Origin: Candidatus Marinacidobacterium sp.
Lineage (GTDB): Bacteria; Acidobacteriota; Vicinamibacteria; Marinacidobacterales; Marinacidobacteraceae
Direction of reading: 5' to 3'
Length of the DNA stretch: 64,000 bases
NCBI GenBank assembly: GCA_965204755.1
Contig: OZ242011.1
Coordinates: 3,552,001-3,616,000 of the forward strand
The position numbers were made by a program, and so were the translations under genes. The notes under the pieces are model-generated. The model saw only the letters and a list, made by a program, of their open reading frames with translations. It made no database searches and was not told the DNA's origin. Below, piece by piece: positions 49,062 to 58,215 of the stretch. Positions within the stretch are counted from its first letter, which is position 1. Each line of letters starts with the position of its first letter.

Positions 49062-50714
49062 TTACAGGCCCCAGATCCGGATTCCGCGATCCGTCGGGGC
49101 GGGGGATTCCGTAGCCGGGACCGCCTGCCACTCGGCGCCGGTCGGCTCGTCGCCGCGTTCGGGGCGGCTCGTTCTGCGCACCTTGACTTCGCGGTCGAAG
49201 ATCTTCTCCTCCCACGACTTGTTGCGGTCCGAGTCGAAGATGACCAAGTGCCCCTCCTCCGCGCCGGAGCGATCCATGTAGCCGGCGGTCTGCGCCGCGC
49301 CCTTTCGGATGACTTCCTCCAGACCGTCCCGCGTCCGCCGTACCTTGCACTCGATCACGAAGACTTGGGGGCGACCGCGCTTGCGCCACTCGATACGAAG
49401 ATCCGTGCGCCCCATGCCCAAGCCGTACTCCCTGGCTACGACGCCGCCGGCGTTCACCACGCGCTGCAGGAATGCCTGCAGCAGTACCTGGGCGGCGGCT
49501 TCGCCGTATGCGAAATCTCGCGACCACCACTCTGCGTTCTCGCGGAAGAACTGCCGGAACTCCGTCAGCAGGAGGATGGCATCGAGGGAGCCGTCGCTTT
49601 GGAGGTAGCGCGCGCTGTCGTTCGTCAGTCGCTCATCCGCATCGCGAGACAAGATACGAGGGATGACCTCCCGGTAGATCGGATTGGCGACCCGGACGGG
49701 AGGGTCAGATGCGATGAGCCCGATGTCGCGGACATACTCGACATCCTCGTTCGCCAATCGAGGCCATTCTTCGGACGCGGCCAGGACCGGCTCCATGACG
49801 CGGCGAACCCGATCTTCCTTGAGTCGGCGGGCGATGTGTTGGAAATGGACCGGTCGGCGCAGGATCAGGCGTTCCCGCGCGGCCGAGATCGACTCGGAGG
49901 TGATGTCTCGATCCCGAGCGGATCCGTCCGGGTCGTCGAAACAGGCGTGGGCGGCTAAGGCGTTCACCAACCAAGGTTGTCCCCGGGTCGCGCCCCAGAG
50001 GGCTTCGACAGCACTGTCCGTGAATCGCTGTCCGGTCTCCGTCGTGTGCTGGCCGAGCAGGTCGACCACCTCGGTCTCGGAAAAGTCGCCCAGACGAAGG
50101 GAGATGTCCGCGATGTTGAACGGGCTCGTGCTCGACAGGGTGTAGTCCTGGACCCGGCGCAGCCCGCACAACGCAACACTCCGGGGGAAACCGTCGTGGC
50201 GCCGGGGGTAGTCAGCCCGAAGTTGATGGAGAATTGCGAGCAGCGTCTCGTCGCGGAATCCATCCGCTTCATCCAGCAACAGTACGAGCGGCTTCGGGCT
50301 GGCCTCGGCCCAGCGGCCGAGAGCCTCGCGGAGGGCATCCTTCGGGCCGGACTCTTCCAGCAGTGCCCTACGATGTCGAGAGAGGAATTCGTCGCCGAGG
50401 GTGCGCCGCGCCTCGCTCGCCAAGCGACCGAGAATCGTTCGCATCGCCTGTTCCACATCGTCGTCGGGCGCCTGGGCACCCTCGAGGTTCGCATAGACAG
50501 CGCCATAGGCGCCGGCGTTCAGGGCATCCCGCAGAGCGAAGAGGGCGGTGGTCTTTCCCGTCTGGCGCGGGGCGTACACCACGAAGTACTGACTGCTCTT
50601 CACCAGGCGCAACAGGCGGTCGCAGCCGGCCCGCTGAAGCGGAGGGATGTGGTAATGCATCTCCGGCACGATGGGGCCGGCGGTGTTGAAGGTCCTCGTG
50701 GCTGGGGCGGTCAC
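49062..50714 (-). CDS. STAND/AAA-like ATPase fused to a PD-(D/E)XK nuclease
   Basis: FNTAGP, APRQTGKTT, LLLDEAD, GQPWLVNAL; C-terminal REY..G.GRTDL...VIECK...Q..GY. Confidence 0.87.
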   Translation of the reverse strand: MTAPATRTFNTAGPIVPEMHYHIPPLQRAGCDRLLRLVKSSQYFVVYAPRQTGKTTALFALRDALNAGAYGAVYANLEGAQAPDDDVEQAMRTILGRLASEARRTLGDEFLSRHRRALLEESGPKDALREALGRWAEASPKPLVLLLDEADGFRDETLLAILHQLRADYPRRHDGFPRSVALCGLRRVQDYTLSSTSPFNIADISLRLGDFSETEVVDLLGQHTTETGQRFTDSAVEALWGATRGQPWLVNALAAHACFDDPDGSARDRDITSESISAARERLILRRPVHFQHIARRLKEDRVRRVMEPVLAASEEWPRLANEDVEYVRDIGLIASDPPVRVANPIYREVIPRILSRDADERLTNDSARYLQSDGSLDAILLLTEFRQFFRENAEWWSRDFAYGEAAAQVLLQAFLQRVVNAGGVVAREYGLGMGRTDLRIEWRKRGRPQVFVIECKVRRTRDGLEEVIRKGAAQTAGYMDRSGAEEGHLVIFDSDRNKSWEEKIFDREVKVRRTSRPERGDEPTGAEWQAVPATESPAPTDRGIRIWGL

Positions 50715-50794
50715 GACGGTGTGGAGGGCTTGGTTCGGGGAGGGAGGAGAGCGGGGCGTCGCTGCGGACGGCCGAATGGTAGGGCAGCGGCCGG

Positions 50795-51604
50795 TCAGGT
50801 GGCGGGGAGGGGGAGGAGGCGGCGGCGTTCGATGAGGGCTCGGAATCGGGTGGAGACGCTGAGGGCGAGGGGGCGGTCGCGGAGGACGATGCCCATCTCG
50901 ATGTTGCGGTCGAAGGCGGCTTCGGTGAGGTTGGCGGAGGTCACGAAGACGGATTCGTCGTCGGCGACGACGGCTTTGGCGTGGAGGACGCCGCCTTCCC
51001 CGCCGCCGTTGCCTTCCGGCGCGAGGGAGCGGGGGTCGTAGAAGACGGAGGGGCGGCGGCCGCCGGGCCAGTCCTTGTTCCAGAAGCGGTCAGCGAAGCG
51101 GCGAACCAGTTGGTCGGCGGGAGCGTCTTCGTGGCGCCGGCGCTGGATGTTCAGGAGCAGGGTGACTTCGAGGGCCGGGCGGTTCTCCATTCGCCGGGCG
51201 AGCGGGTGGAACGCCCGGGGGCCGTCGAAGAAGACGAACGACGAGACGAGCAGGGAGCGTTCGGCGCCGCCGATCAACTCCTCCACGACCCGGCGGGTAG
51301 CCCGGCCGTGGCAACCGGGGACCTCGGGGCCGGACCACACCAAGTCGGGGCGGGACCGGCGGCCCGACACGGCCTCGAACCCGGCGAGCCAAGCCGCGCA
51401 CCCCTCCGGGGAGACGCCGAGGCGGTCCAACTCGCCGAGCGCCGCCGCCACGCGTTCGGCGTCTTCGTCCGGCGGCAGTTCGGCCCGTACCGCGCCAGCC
51501 GCGTACGGCGGCGTCAGGAAACCGGTCGCGAGCGCCGTTCGCAGCCGCTCCCGCGCCGGGGGCGGCAGGGCGAGCAGGGTCTCGGCCGGGTCTCGATCAG
51601 ACAG
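50795..51604 (-). CDS. drmC: DISARM phospholipase D nuclease DrmC (start uncertain, first canonical start at 51451)
   Basis: LVWSGP, LHAKAVVAD (HxKxxxxD) and TSANLT..A..RNIE motifs; follows drmB. The frame stays open upstream to a CTG at 51604. Confidence 0.85.
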   Translation of the reverse strand: MSDRDPAETLLALPPPARERLRTALATGFLTPPYAAGAVRAELPPDEDAERVAAALGELDRLGVSPEGCAAWLAGFEAVSGRRSRPDLVWSGPEVPGCHGRATRRVVEELIGGAERSLLVSSFVFFDGPRAFHPLARRMENRPALEVTLLLNIQRRRHEDAPADQLVRRFADRFWNKDWPGGRRPSVFYDPRSLAPEGNGGGEGGVLHAKAVVADDESVFVTSANLTEAAFDRNIEMGIVLRDRPLALSVSTRFRALIERRRLLPLPAT

Positions 51605-53411
51605 GGGAGTCGAAGAAGGCGGCGCCGCTACTCCCGAGGGTCGGGGCGACCAGTGCGCGGTCGAGGTAGTCGTTCCGCATTTCGCAGGAAGTCTCGGAGA
51701 TCAGCGTGCAGCCGTGGCAGGCGGCGCCGTGGAGCCAGCGGTGTTCGAGAGTCGAAGCCGGCTCGTGTTCGGAGCACACCGGATCGTTGGAGCAGACCTC
51801 CGCCATCCGCCGCGCGAAGCGCAGGTGCGCCTCGATGTTCCGGCCTTGGTGCACCAGGCCGCCGAGCGTGCCTTCGGCGTCCGGGCTTCCGGTGTAGAGC
51901 AGGATCCCGGCGCCCCGCTCCTCGACATAGATGCGTTCGCGGATCGCCCCGGCCGGGTAACCGCAGCGGAGCGCGAACGAGGAGATGAGCAGGTGGGAGA
52001 GCGTGTGCAGGAGGATGTAGCGCGCTCCGGGGAACGGCGGCACGACTTCGTTGCGCTGCGCGCGCCAGTGGTCGTATCCGGCTTCGAGCGCGGCCTCCCG
52101 CCGTTTCACCTCCGGGCGCGCCAGCCAGGACTGCAGGGCGTCCCCGGAGAACTCGAGGAAGACGCCTTCGCCCCGGTTCTCCACCGCGGGGTACCAGCGC
52201 GGCTCGTCCGCCAGACGGGCCACTTCCACATCGCCGGGGAAGTCGCCGTGGATGTCGGAAAGAAGCGCGTCGAACCGCGTGAATCCGGTGAGCGCCAACA
52301 CCTCCCGGAGGCGGTGGAGTTGATAGACGGCGACCGGGCCGGACGCGTCGGAAGAGCGCCGCCAGTGGAGGTCGGGGAGCCGGCGCACATGGAAGTCGTC
52401 GTCCACCGGCGGCTCGTCGCCGCAACCCTCCGGCGCGTCGAGGATGGCATCCAACTCGGCCTCCTTGACGGATCCCTTCTTCTTGCCGCCCGCCCGGTGC
52501 CCCTCGATCGCCCGGAGCACTTCGTCGTCGCCGTACGCTTGGAGAGCGGCGGTGATCCGGGGCTTCCGCTTCACGAATTCGAGACTCACGGCGTCGTCGA
52601 CGATCGAGAAGTCGTCCCAGTGTTCGTCCACGGTCTTCGCCAGTCCGACCTTGCCTTCCGGGAGGGAAAGGACGCGGAGCAATCGGGGGAAGTAGGAATT
52701 CGTGGCGGTCCGCACCAGGAGGCGGCTCTGTTCGGAACACGGCTCCCGTTTCCCGGGACCGAGCCAGGGAAGCGCGCCGGAGCAGGAACCGAGCGCCCCC
52801 TCCGCGGTCGCTTCGTGCATCCGCCGCGACGCCTTGCAGTCGCAGCGGACGATGATCTCGCCCAAGTCGCCGCCGGTGCCGTCTTCGTCCAGCCAGAGCG
52901 GCCGCGTTCCCGGGCACTCCTTCGAGCCGTGGACGAACTCCTGCCAGTCCAGGTCGTCCACATGGCCCTTCCGGCAGGCGCGGACGAAGCGGATCGGCAC
53001 CACCCGGTCGCCCTCGAAGCGGAGCCTCCGCCCCTGCTCGAGCATGTTGCGGTGGACCAGTCGTCTCTTTCTCCGGCTCCCGACGCTTCGCTCGTCGGGA
53101 CCGGGTTTCGCCTGCGCCACGAACCACAGCGGAAACCGCCAGCCGTCTATCCCCTCCGAGGAGGGCCGCTTCGACGAAGAATCCGAAGGCGGGGCGTAGA
53201 ACTGCGGCCACTCGATCCCGTAGACGCCGCGCAGCAGCCGCGACAGGCGCGGCTCGACGATCTCCTCCAGTTCGGAGAGTTGACCCTTCGGCGGCCAGGT
53301 CTCCGTGCCGGCGACGATCGCCGAGTCGCGGGGAAGGTCGAGCAGCGCTCCCGGGCCGTAGGTCGTGATGACCTGGCTGCGGCGAATCGTCCCGCCGTCG
53401 GAAACGCTCAC
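51597..53411 (-). CDS. drmB: DISARM DUF1998 protein DrmB
   Basis: IRRSQVITTYGPG, C..GH.DD, GEG.FL, LHTLSHLL, EGTLGGL and CSNDPVC...AACHGC..SETSCE (Zn) motifs; GTGA overlap with drmA. Confidence 0.92.
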   Translation of the reverse strand: MSVSDGGTIRRSQVITTYGPGALLDLPRDSAIVAGTETWPPKGQLSELEEIVEPRLSRLLRGVYGIEWPQFYAPPSDSSSKRPSSEGIDGWRFPLWFVAQAKPGPDERSVGSRRKRRLVHRNMLEQGRRLRFEGDRVVPIRFVRACRKGHVDDLDWQEFVHGSKECPGTRPLWLDEDGTGGDLGEIIVRCDCKASRRMHEATAEGALGSCSGALPWLGPGKREPCSEQSRLLVRTATNSYFPRLLRVLSLPEGKVGLAKTVDEHWDDFSIVDDAVSLEFVKRKPRITAALQAYGDDEVLRAIEGHRAGGKKKGSVKEAELDAILDAPEGCGDEPPVDDDFHVRRLPDLHWRRSSDASGPVAVYQLHRLREVLALTGFTRFDALLSDIHGDFPGDVEVARLADEPRWYPAVENRGEGVFLEFSGDALQSWLARPEVKRREAALEAGYDHWRAQRNEVVPPFPGARYILLHTLSHLLISSFALRCGYPAGAIRERIYVEERGAGILLYTGSPDAEGTLGGLVHQGRNIEAHLRFARRMAEVCSNDPVCSEHEPASTLEHRWLHGAACHGCTLISETSCEMRNDYLDRALVAPTLGSSGAAFFDSPV

Positions 53412-56400
53412 CGTTTCGGCTCCCGATAGACCGGGTCCCGGACGGAGATCCGGACCTCCGGCTCCACATCGCGGAGGGACCGCGCGGCGCGGAACTTCCG
53501 GTGGTGCTCGGTCTGGAAGTCCCGATCCAGCACCTCGCGGAGGAGCGGCGGACCGCTGTTTCCTTCGCGGGGCTGGTAACGAAGCGGGGAGCGGTCCTTC
53601 TCGTAGCCGTCCCGGATCCGCCCCCAGGCATCGAACAGGTCGGCCGTTCGCGCCTGGGCGGTCGCCTCGGCGGCGTCCCGTTCCTCGTCGCTCAGCGGCT
53701 GCCGGCGGATGCGTTCCCGGAACACGGACGCCACCCGCTCCCGCAGGTCGGCGGGCGCGTCCGAGATCCGGCGAGCGCCCTCGGCCGGCGTGAGCACGGG
53801 TTCGGCGTGGCGCGCGAGGGCCACCATCGCGCCGGCGAAGCCCCGATCCAGCGCCCGCGAGGAGAACGGCGTGACGGTCGCGGCCTCCACCGAACGGTAG
53901 AAGGTCTCGTGGTAGTGGCGGAAGCGTTCGTAGTGGGAGCGGTCGCGCGGTTTGTCGATGCTCAACAGCGTGACCACCAATCCCGGCCGGTTCGCGTCGC
54001 GCCCGACCCGGCTCGTCGCCTGGATGTATTCGGCGTGCACCTTCGGCTGGCCGAGGACGACCATCAACCCGAGGCGCTGGATGTCCATCCCGACGGAGAT
54101 CATGTTCGTGGCCAGCGCCCAGTCCACGGGGCTCTTTTCGTGGAAGCCGCGACCCAGGCGTTCGCGGGCGCGGGCGACTTCGCCGGTGGAAACGCGGGAA
54201 GTCAACTCCACGATCTCGGACCGGATGTCCCGGTCGCGGAACAGTCCCGGTTTCTCGCCCAGCCGGCGCCGAATGCCCAGCGACCTCAAGGTGCTTCGGA
54301 CTTCCTCTTCGAGGATGCGGCGGGCGCCGCCCAGGACGCGCAGGTTGTTGAAGTAACCGAGGACCGTCATGTAGGGATCGGCCGGGTTGTTCTCGTTCCT
54401 GTTCCACCCGGCATCGCCGAAAGCGCGCTGCGCCGCCCCCATCAGGGCGAGGACGACGCGGCGCATGAGCACCCTCGGGCTCCGTCCGGGCGCGGCGAGC
54501 CCCAGGTAACGCCGCGCCGGACTCTCTTCGGGAGTCCTGGCGCGGGCGAAGAAGGAATCGCGGCGCGTGATGCCGGGAGGCGGGAACAGGGCGGTTCGCG
54601 GGCGGGCGAAGACGGCCTGCATCTGCTCGTTCGCGCCGCGCGAAGTGGCCGTCGAGGCGATGATCTTGGGATTCGCGCCGCTTCCCCGAAGGGAGCAGAG
54701 ACCGCCGATGGCCGTCTCGTAGAGCCCGACCATGGTGCCGAGCGGGCCGGAGATCAGGTGCACTTCGTCCTGGATCACCAGGTCCGGCGGCGGGAGCGGC
54801 GAAGGAAGGCGTCGGCCGCCCCGTGAGGCGGAACCCGGCCCGGAGAAGCCCTGCGCATCCCAATGGGTAGCGCCGCCGAGCAGCAGGCCGGAGTCCCCGG
54901 TCCACGGGAGCGCTGCGAACTTGTCCACGGTGGCGATCAGGAAGGCGGGGAGCCGGCGGTAGAGCGGTTCGTCCACCCCGAGCACCGGGAGCGGACGGCC
55001 CCCGCCGAACTCGCACTCGAAGTCGAGGCACCGAAGGCGAAGGTCGCGCGGCCGGTCGGCGTCCGGTTCGAGTTGGAAGGACGCCGGCTCGAAGGACTTG
55101 CCGCACCACGGGCAACTCGCCAGCGGAATCGGGAGCGTCCTGCCGTCCCGCTGGAACTCGACGACCTTGGCGCGCGCCGTGTCGTCGCGCCTGTCGCCTT
55201 TCCGTCCCATCTGGTTCGGCGTGGCGGCCTTACCGACCCACAGCCCGATCTCGAACGGCCACAAGCCGTAGCGCTCCGGCGCCTTCTCGCGCTCGAGTTC
55301 GAGGGCGCAGACCAACCGGGAGGCGCGGTTCAACTGATCTATGGTGAGCAGCCGCAGCGTGTAGCGCATGATGACGCTCACCCCCGCGCCGGCGCGTCCC
55401 TCCTCCTCCGGCCGACGCAGCCGCCGGAGAACCATGGCGACCGCGGCGAGGCCGAGGTAGGCCTCCGTCTTCCCGCCGCCGGTGGGGAAGAACAACAGGT
55501 CCACCAGGTCGCGATCCGCGTGTTCCCCGTCGTTGAGCGCCGGAAGGTTCAATAGCAGGAAGGCGAGTTGGAAAGACCGCCAACGCGGTGAGTCGTCGGC
55601 CGTTCCCTCGGCGCCGGGGGCGCGAAGCGCCGCCGCAACGGCCCGGTTCGCGGTGCGGAAGGCGTCGAGGAGGGTCAGGTCGTCCGCCAGCGCCTCGATC
55701 CCGCGCTCGATTCGCGCGGCGGCGACCCCCGCCTCGTGGAGCAGGCGTTCCGCCGTTTCGCGCCGCTGCCGGGGCAGGGAATCGGCGCTGGCGCGCTGCT
55801 CTTCGATCCACGCCCGATAGCCGGTCGCGAGCGGCTCCAGCGCGGCGAGCGCCGCCGGGCCGTCCCGAAGGGCGCCGAGGGCATCCATGGATCTCTCCGC
55901 GCCCGTCGCGTCCTCGGTCTCCACGCGCTCCACTGCGGCGCTGCCGATCCACTCGGTCCGCACCCGGCGGCAGCCACCGCCGCCTTCCTCCGTCTCCCAG
56001 GCAGCCGAAACGCCGTGGCCCACGGCGAACTCCGGGGCGTCGGCGTAGTGGAGGTCGGCGACCCGTTCGTCGGGATCGTCCGCGTCCGCGCCGCGGAGAT
56101 CGTGCATCGGGGCGAACGGCGTGTCGGCCCGGACTTCGAGTTGGGCCTGGAACGCGAAGCGGAGGTCGCGCTCCTTCTCGTCCTTCGCGCGCCGGCGGCG
56201 ATTCGCCAGGAACACCGAGACGGAGCGCTCGCCGCCCTTCGCGCCCGCGTCCCCGCCGTCCGCCGACGCCGGGCGCGACCTCACATGGAATTGGAGTCCG
56301 TCGGAATCGGGGACCTCCAGGTCGGCGTTACCGGACGACAGGCTGACGGACACCGCGCCTTCCTTCTCCGCGCGCCGCCAGCAGCGGGCCTTCTTCCCGT

Positions 56401-56860
56401 CGTCCCGATCCTCATCCACCAACTCGTAGTCGCCCCAGCGCGCTACGAGTTCGAGGGTGTCGAGGCCGCCCGGCGCGCGGAAACTGAGGCCGATGGACGA
56501 GGGGAAGAAGGTCTTCTTGGCGGCCTTCTCCTTCGCCGCCGAGTCTTCGGAGTCGCCCTCACCCGCCGGTGTTTCCCCCACCTCCTCGTCCTCGCCCAGA
56601 TCAACCGTCCGGTCGTCGGTGGGCACCAGGAACCCGGTCAGGTACCACTTCGACGGCCGTTCCCGCTTGGGAAGCCGCTCGTCGGCGAACCGGTGGCCCG
56701 GCGTCGGCCCGACCAGGTCCAGCCGCAGCGCTTCGACGAGCGACTTGCGGACAGCGACGGAATCGGCCGGTGGCCGGTCGGCCCCGGCGCGTCCGTCCGT
56801 GGAAGCCGCGCCGGTGTCTTCCGGGGCGGCGTCCGCCGCCGAGCGCCCCTCCCTGTCCAT
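53408..56860 (-). CDS. drmA: DISARM SF2 helicase DrmA
   Basis: LRLDLVGP...P...YLTGFL, WRSFQLAF, PTGGGKTEAY, RYTLRLLT.DQ, QDEVHLISGPLG, ATNMISVG.D and YIQATSRVGR motifs. Confidence 0.93.
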   Translation of the reverse strand: MDREGRSAADAAPEDTGAASTDGRAGADRPPADSVAVRKSLVEALRLDLVGPTPGHRFADERLPKRERPSKWYLTGFLVPTDDRTVDLGEDEEVGETPAGEGDSEDSAAKEKAAKKTFFPSSIGLSFRAPGGLDTLELVARWGDYELVDEDRDDGKKARCWRRAEKEGAVSVSLSSGNADLEVPDSDGLQFHVRSRPASADGGDAGAKGGERSVSVFLANRRRRAKDEKERDLRFAFQAQLEVRADTPFAPMHDLRGADADDPDERVADLHYADAPEFAVGHGVSAAWETEEGGGGCRRVRTEWIGSAAVERVETEDATGAERSMDALGALRDGPAALAALEPLATGYRAWIEEQRASADSLPRQRRETAERLLHEAGVAAARIERGIEALADDLTLLDAFRTANRAVAAALRAPGAEGTADDSPRWRSFQLAFLLLNLPALNDGEHADRDLVDLLFFPTGGGKTEAYLGLAAVAMVLRRLRRPEEEGRAGAGVSVIMRYTLRLLTIDQLNRASRLVCALELEREKAPERYGLWPFEIGLWVGKAATPNQMGRKGDRRDDTARAKVVEFQRDGRTLPIPLASCPWCGKSFEPASFQLEPDADRPRDLRLRCLDFECEFGGGRPLPVLGVDEPLYRRLPAFLIATVDKFAALPWTGDSGLLLGGATHWDAQGFSGPGSASRGGRRLPSPLPPPDLVIQDEVHLISGPLGTMVGLYETAIGGLCSLRGSGANPKIIASTATSRGANEQMQAVFARPRTALFPPPGITRRDSFFARARTPEESPARRYLGLAAPGRSPRVLMRRVVLALMGAAQRAFGDAGWNRNENNPADPYMTVLGYFNNLRVLGGARRILEEEVRSTLRSLGIRRRLGEKPGLFRDRDIRSEIVELTSRVSTGEVARARERLGRGFHEKSPVDWALATNMISVGMDIQRLGLMVVLGQPKVHAEYIQATSRVGRDANRPGLVVTLLSIDKPRDRSHYERFRHYHETFYRSVEAATVTPFSSRALDRGFAGAMVALARHAEPVLTPAEGARRISDAPADLRERVASVFRERIRRQPLSDEERDAAEATAQARTADLFDAWGRIRDGYEKDRSPLRYQPREGNSGPPLLREVLDRDFQTEHHRKFRAARSLRDVEPEVRISVRDPVYREPKR

Positions 56861-56915
56861 CGGGGACCGGCCCTCCTGCGTCTCGGCTCGGTGAGGAAGG
56901 ACGCCGGCGGGACGA

Positions 56916-57398
56916 TCAGTCCGTCTCGAACGGGACCTGGAGACGGATGGACATGGCGCTCGTCGGCACGAAGAAGATCTTCGCCAGGGCCTCGACCGTG
57001 TTCGCGCCGCGCGAAGCCTCGTCGCGGATCAGGCCCATGGGCATCAGGAGCCAGGCGGCGAAGCGGTTGGCCTGGGTCTCCGCCCTCCCGCCGAGGCGGC
57101 TTCGGTAGAGCCCGTCGTCCGTGACGCCCCGGCCGATGCTCTCCAGATGCAGCACATAGTGGCCGATCTCGTGGGCGATGGTGTAGCGGCGCCGAGCGTC
57201 CGGGTGCGCGGCGTTGGTCAAGATCTTGTAGCCGCTGGAGCCGGTCTTCTCCGGGTCGGGCCTGATGCCGCCGGAAGCGCCGTTCTTCCAGTCCGCCATG
57301 AACAGGGGGATCCCGAGGTCGCGAGCGACCGCGGCCACGGAGACGGGAGCGCTGCGCCGATGGGAGCACACGATCTCCATGACGGTCTTCGAAGCCAT
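56916..57398 (-). CDS. ImmA/IrrE family zinc metallopeptidase
   Basis: RRRYTIAHEIGH (HExxH) and ETQANRFAAWLLMP motifs; short C-terminal HTH-like segment LAKIFFVP. Confidence 0.9.
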   Translation of the reverse strand: MASKTVMEIVCSHRRSAPVSVAAVARDLGIPLFMADWKNGASGGIRPDPEKTGSSGYKILTNAAHPDARRRYTIAHEIGHYVLHLESIGRGVTDDGLYRSRLGGRAETQANRFAAWLLMPMGLIRDEASRGANTVEALAKIFFVPTSAMSIRLQVPFETD

Positions 57399-57763
57399 CA
57401 GGGCACGATCTCCTTCCGTTCTTCAGAGTCCTCTTCGCCCTCGGGCTCGGTAGGGAGGTGTTCGTCCGCGACCCGAAGCGCGCGCATCTGGCGGCGAGCC
57501 TCCTTCCCGGCGACCCGCCCGGCCACCGAGCGCGCCTCGTTCTTGAGGGACTGGTAGCCGAGGACGCCGAAGACCCCGACGACGAGAGCCAGGATGACCA
57601 GGATCATCTCCATGAACCAGAGGTGGAGGGACACTTGGCTGTAGATGCGCTCCGCGAACAGGGGCGGGGCCAGCCGCACCGGCACGCCCACGAAGCCGAG
57701 GAGCAGGGCGCCGATCCCGCAGACCGCGCCGACGACGGCGCTGACGCTCACGAGCCGGGTCAT
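57398..57763 (-). CDS. Small two-TM membrane protein, translationally coupled to the peptidase
   Basis: Two long hydrophobic segments and an acidic tail; GGAGGC RBS; TGATG stop/start overlap at 57398. Confidence 0.7.
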   Translation of the reverse strand: MTRLVSVSAVVGAVCGIGALLLGFVGVPVRLAPPLFAERIYSQVSLHLWFMEMILVILALVVGVFGVLGYQSLKNEARSVAGRVAGKEARRQMRALRVADEHLPTEPEGEEDSEERKEIVP

Positions 57764-58215
57764 GCCTGCCTCCGGTGAGTCGAGCCCGGACGCCGGACGC
57801 CGGGGCGAACTCCGGGCGGAGCGTCCGCCGGGCGGCCGAAGAGGGCCGTGGTCGAGAAAAGGGGCCTCAGAGCCCCGAACCGCGATCCCCGAACCGGGAA
57901 CCGCGGGGGATACCGCAAGAGCACTTGCCGTAACTCCTTGAAAAAGCGAACAACATCAAGATTCAAGGTTGGGACAAGGTTGCCCGGAAGGCTATCACGG
58001 CGGAAAGGACAGGCCGGTGTCGACGAGCCCTGACCGGCGCACCGAGTAACGACCCGTCTCGCCGCTTCGGGACCGGTCGGCGGGTTCTGTCGGAATTCGC
58101 GTGGCGGAGGAGTCCACCGGCGGCGTCGTCCCGGCCTGCCGCGGCGCCCCGCCGGGATGGTTCCTGATGAGGAGAGGCGAGGCAGCCGGAGCGGGGAGCC
58201 CGGCAAGACGGCGGG

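Noticed and set aside
57848-58033. HU/IHF-like fragment (RDPRTG...RFKVG)
   Set aside because: Motif spacing is wrong, the N-terminal helices are missing and it lies opposite the operon strand. More likely promoter DNA.
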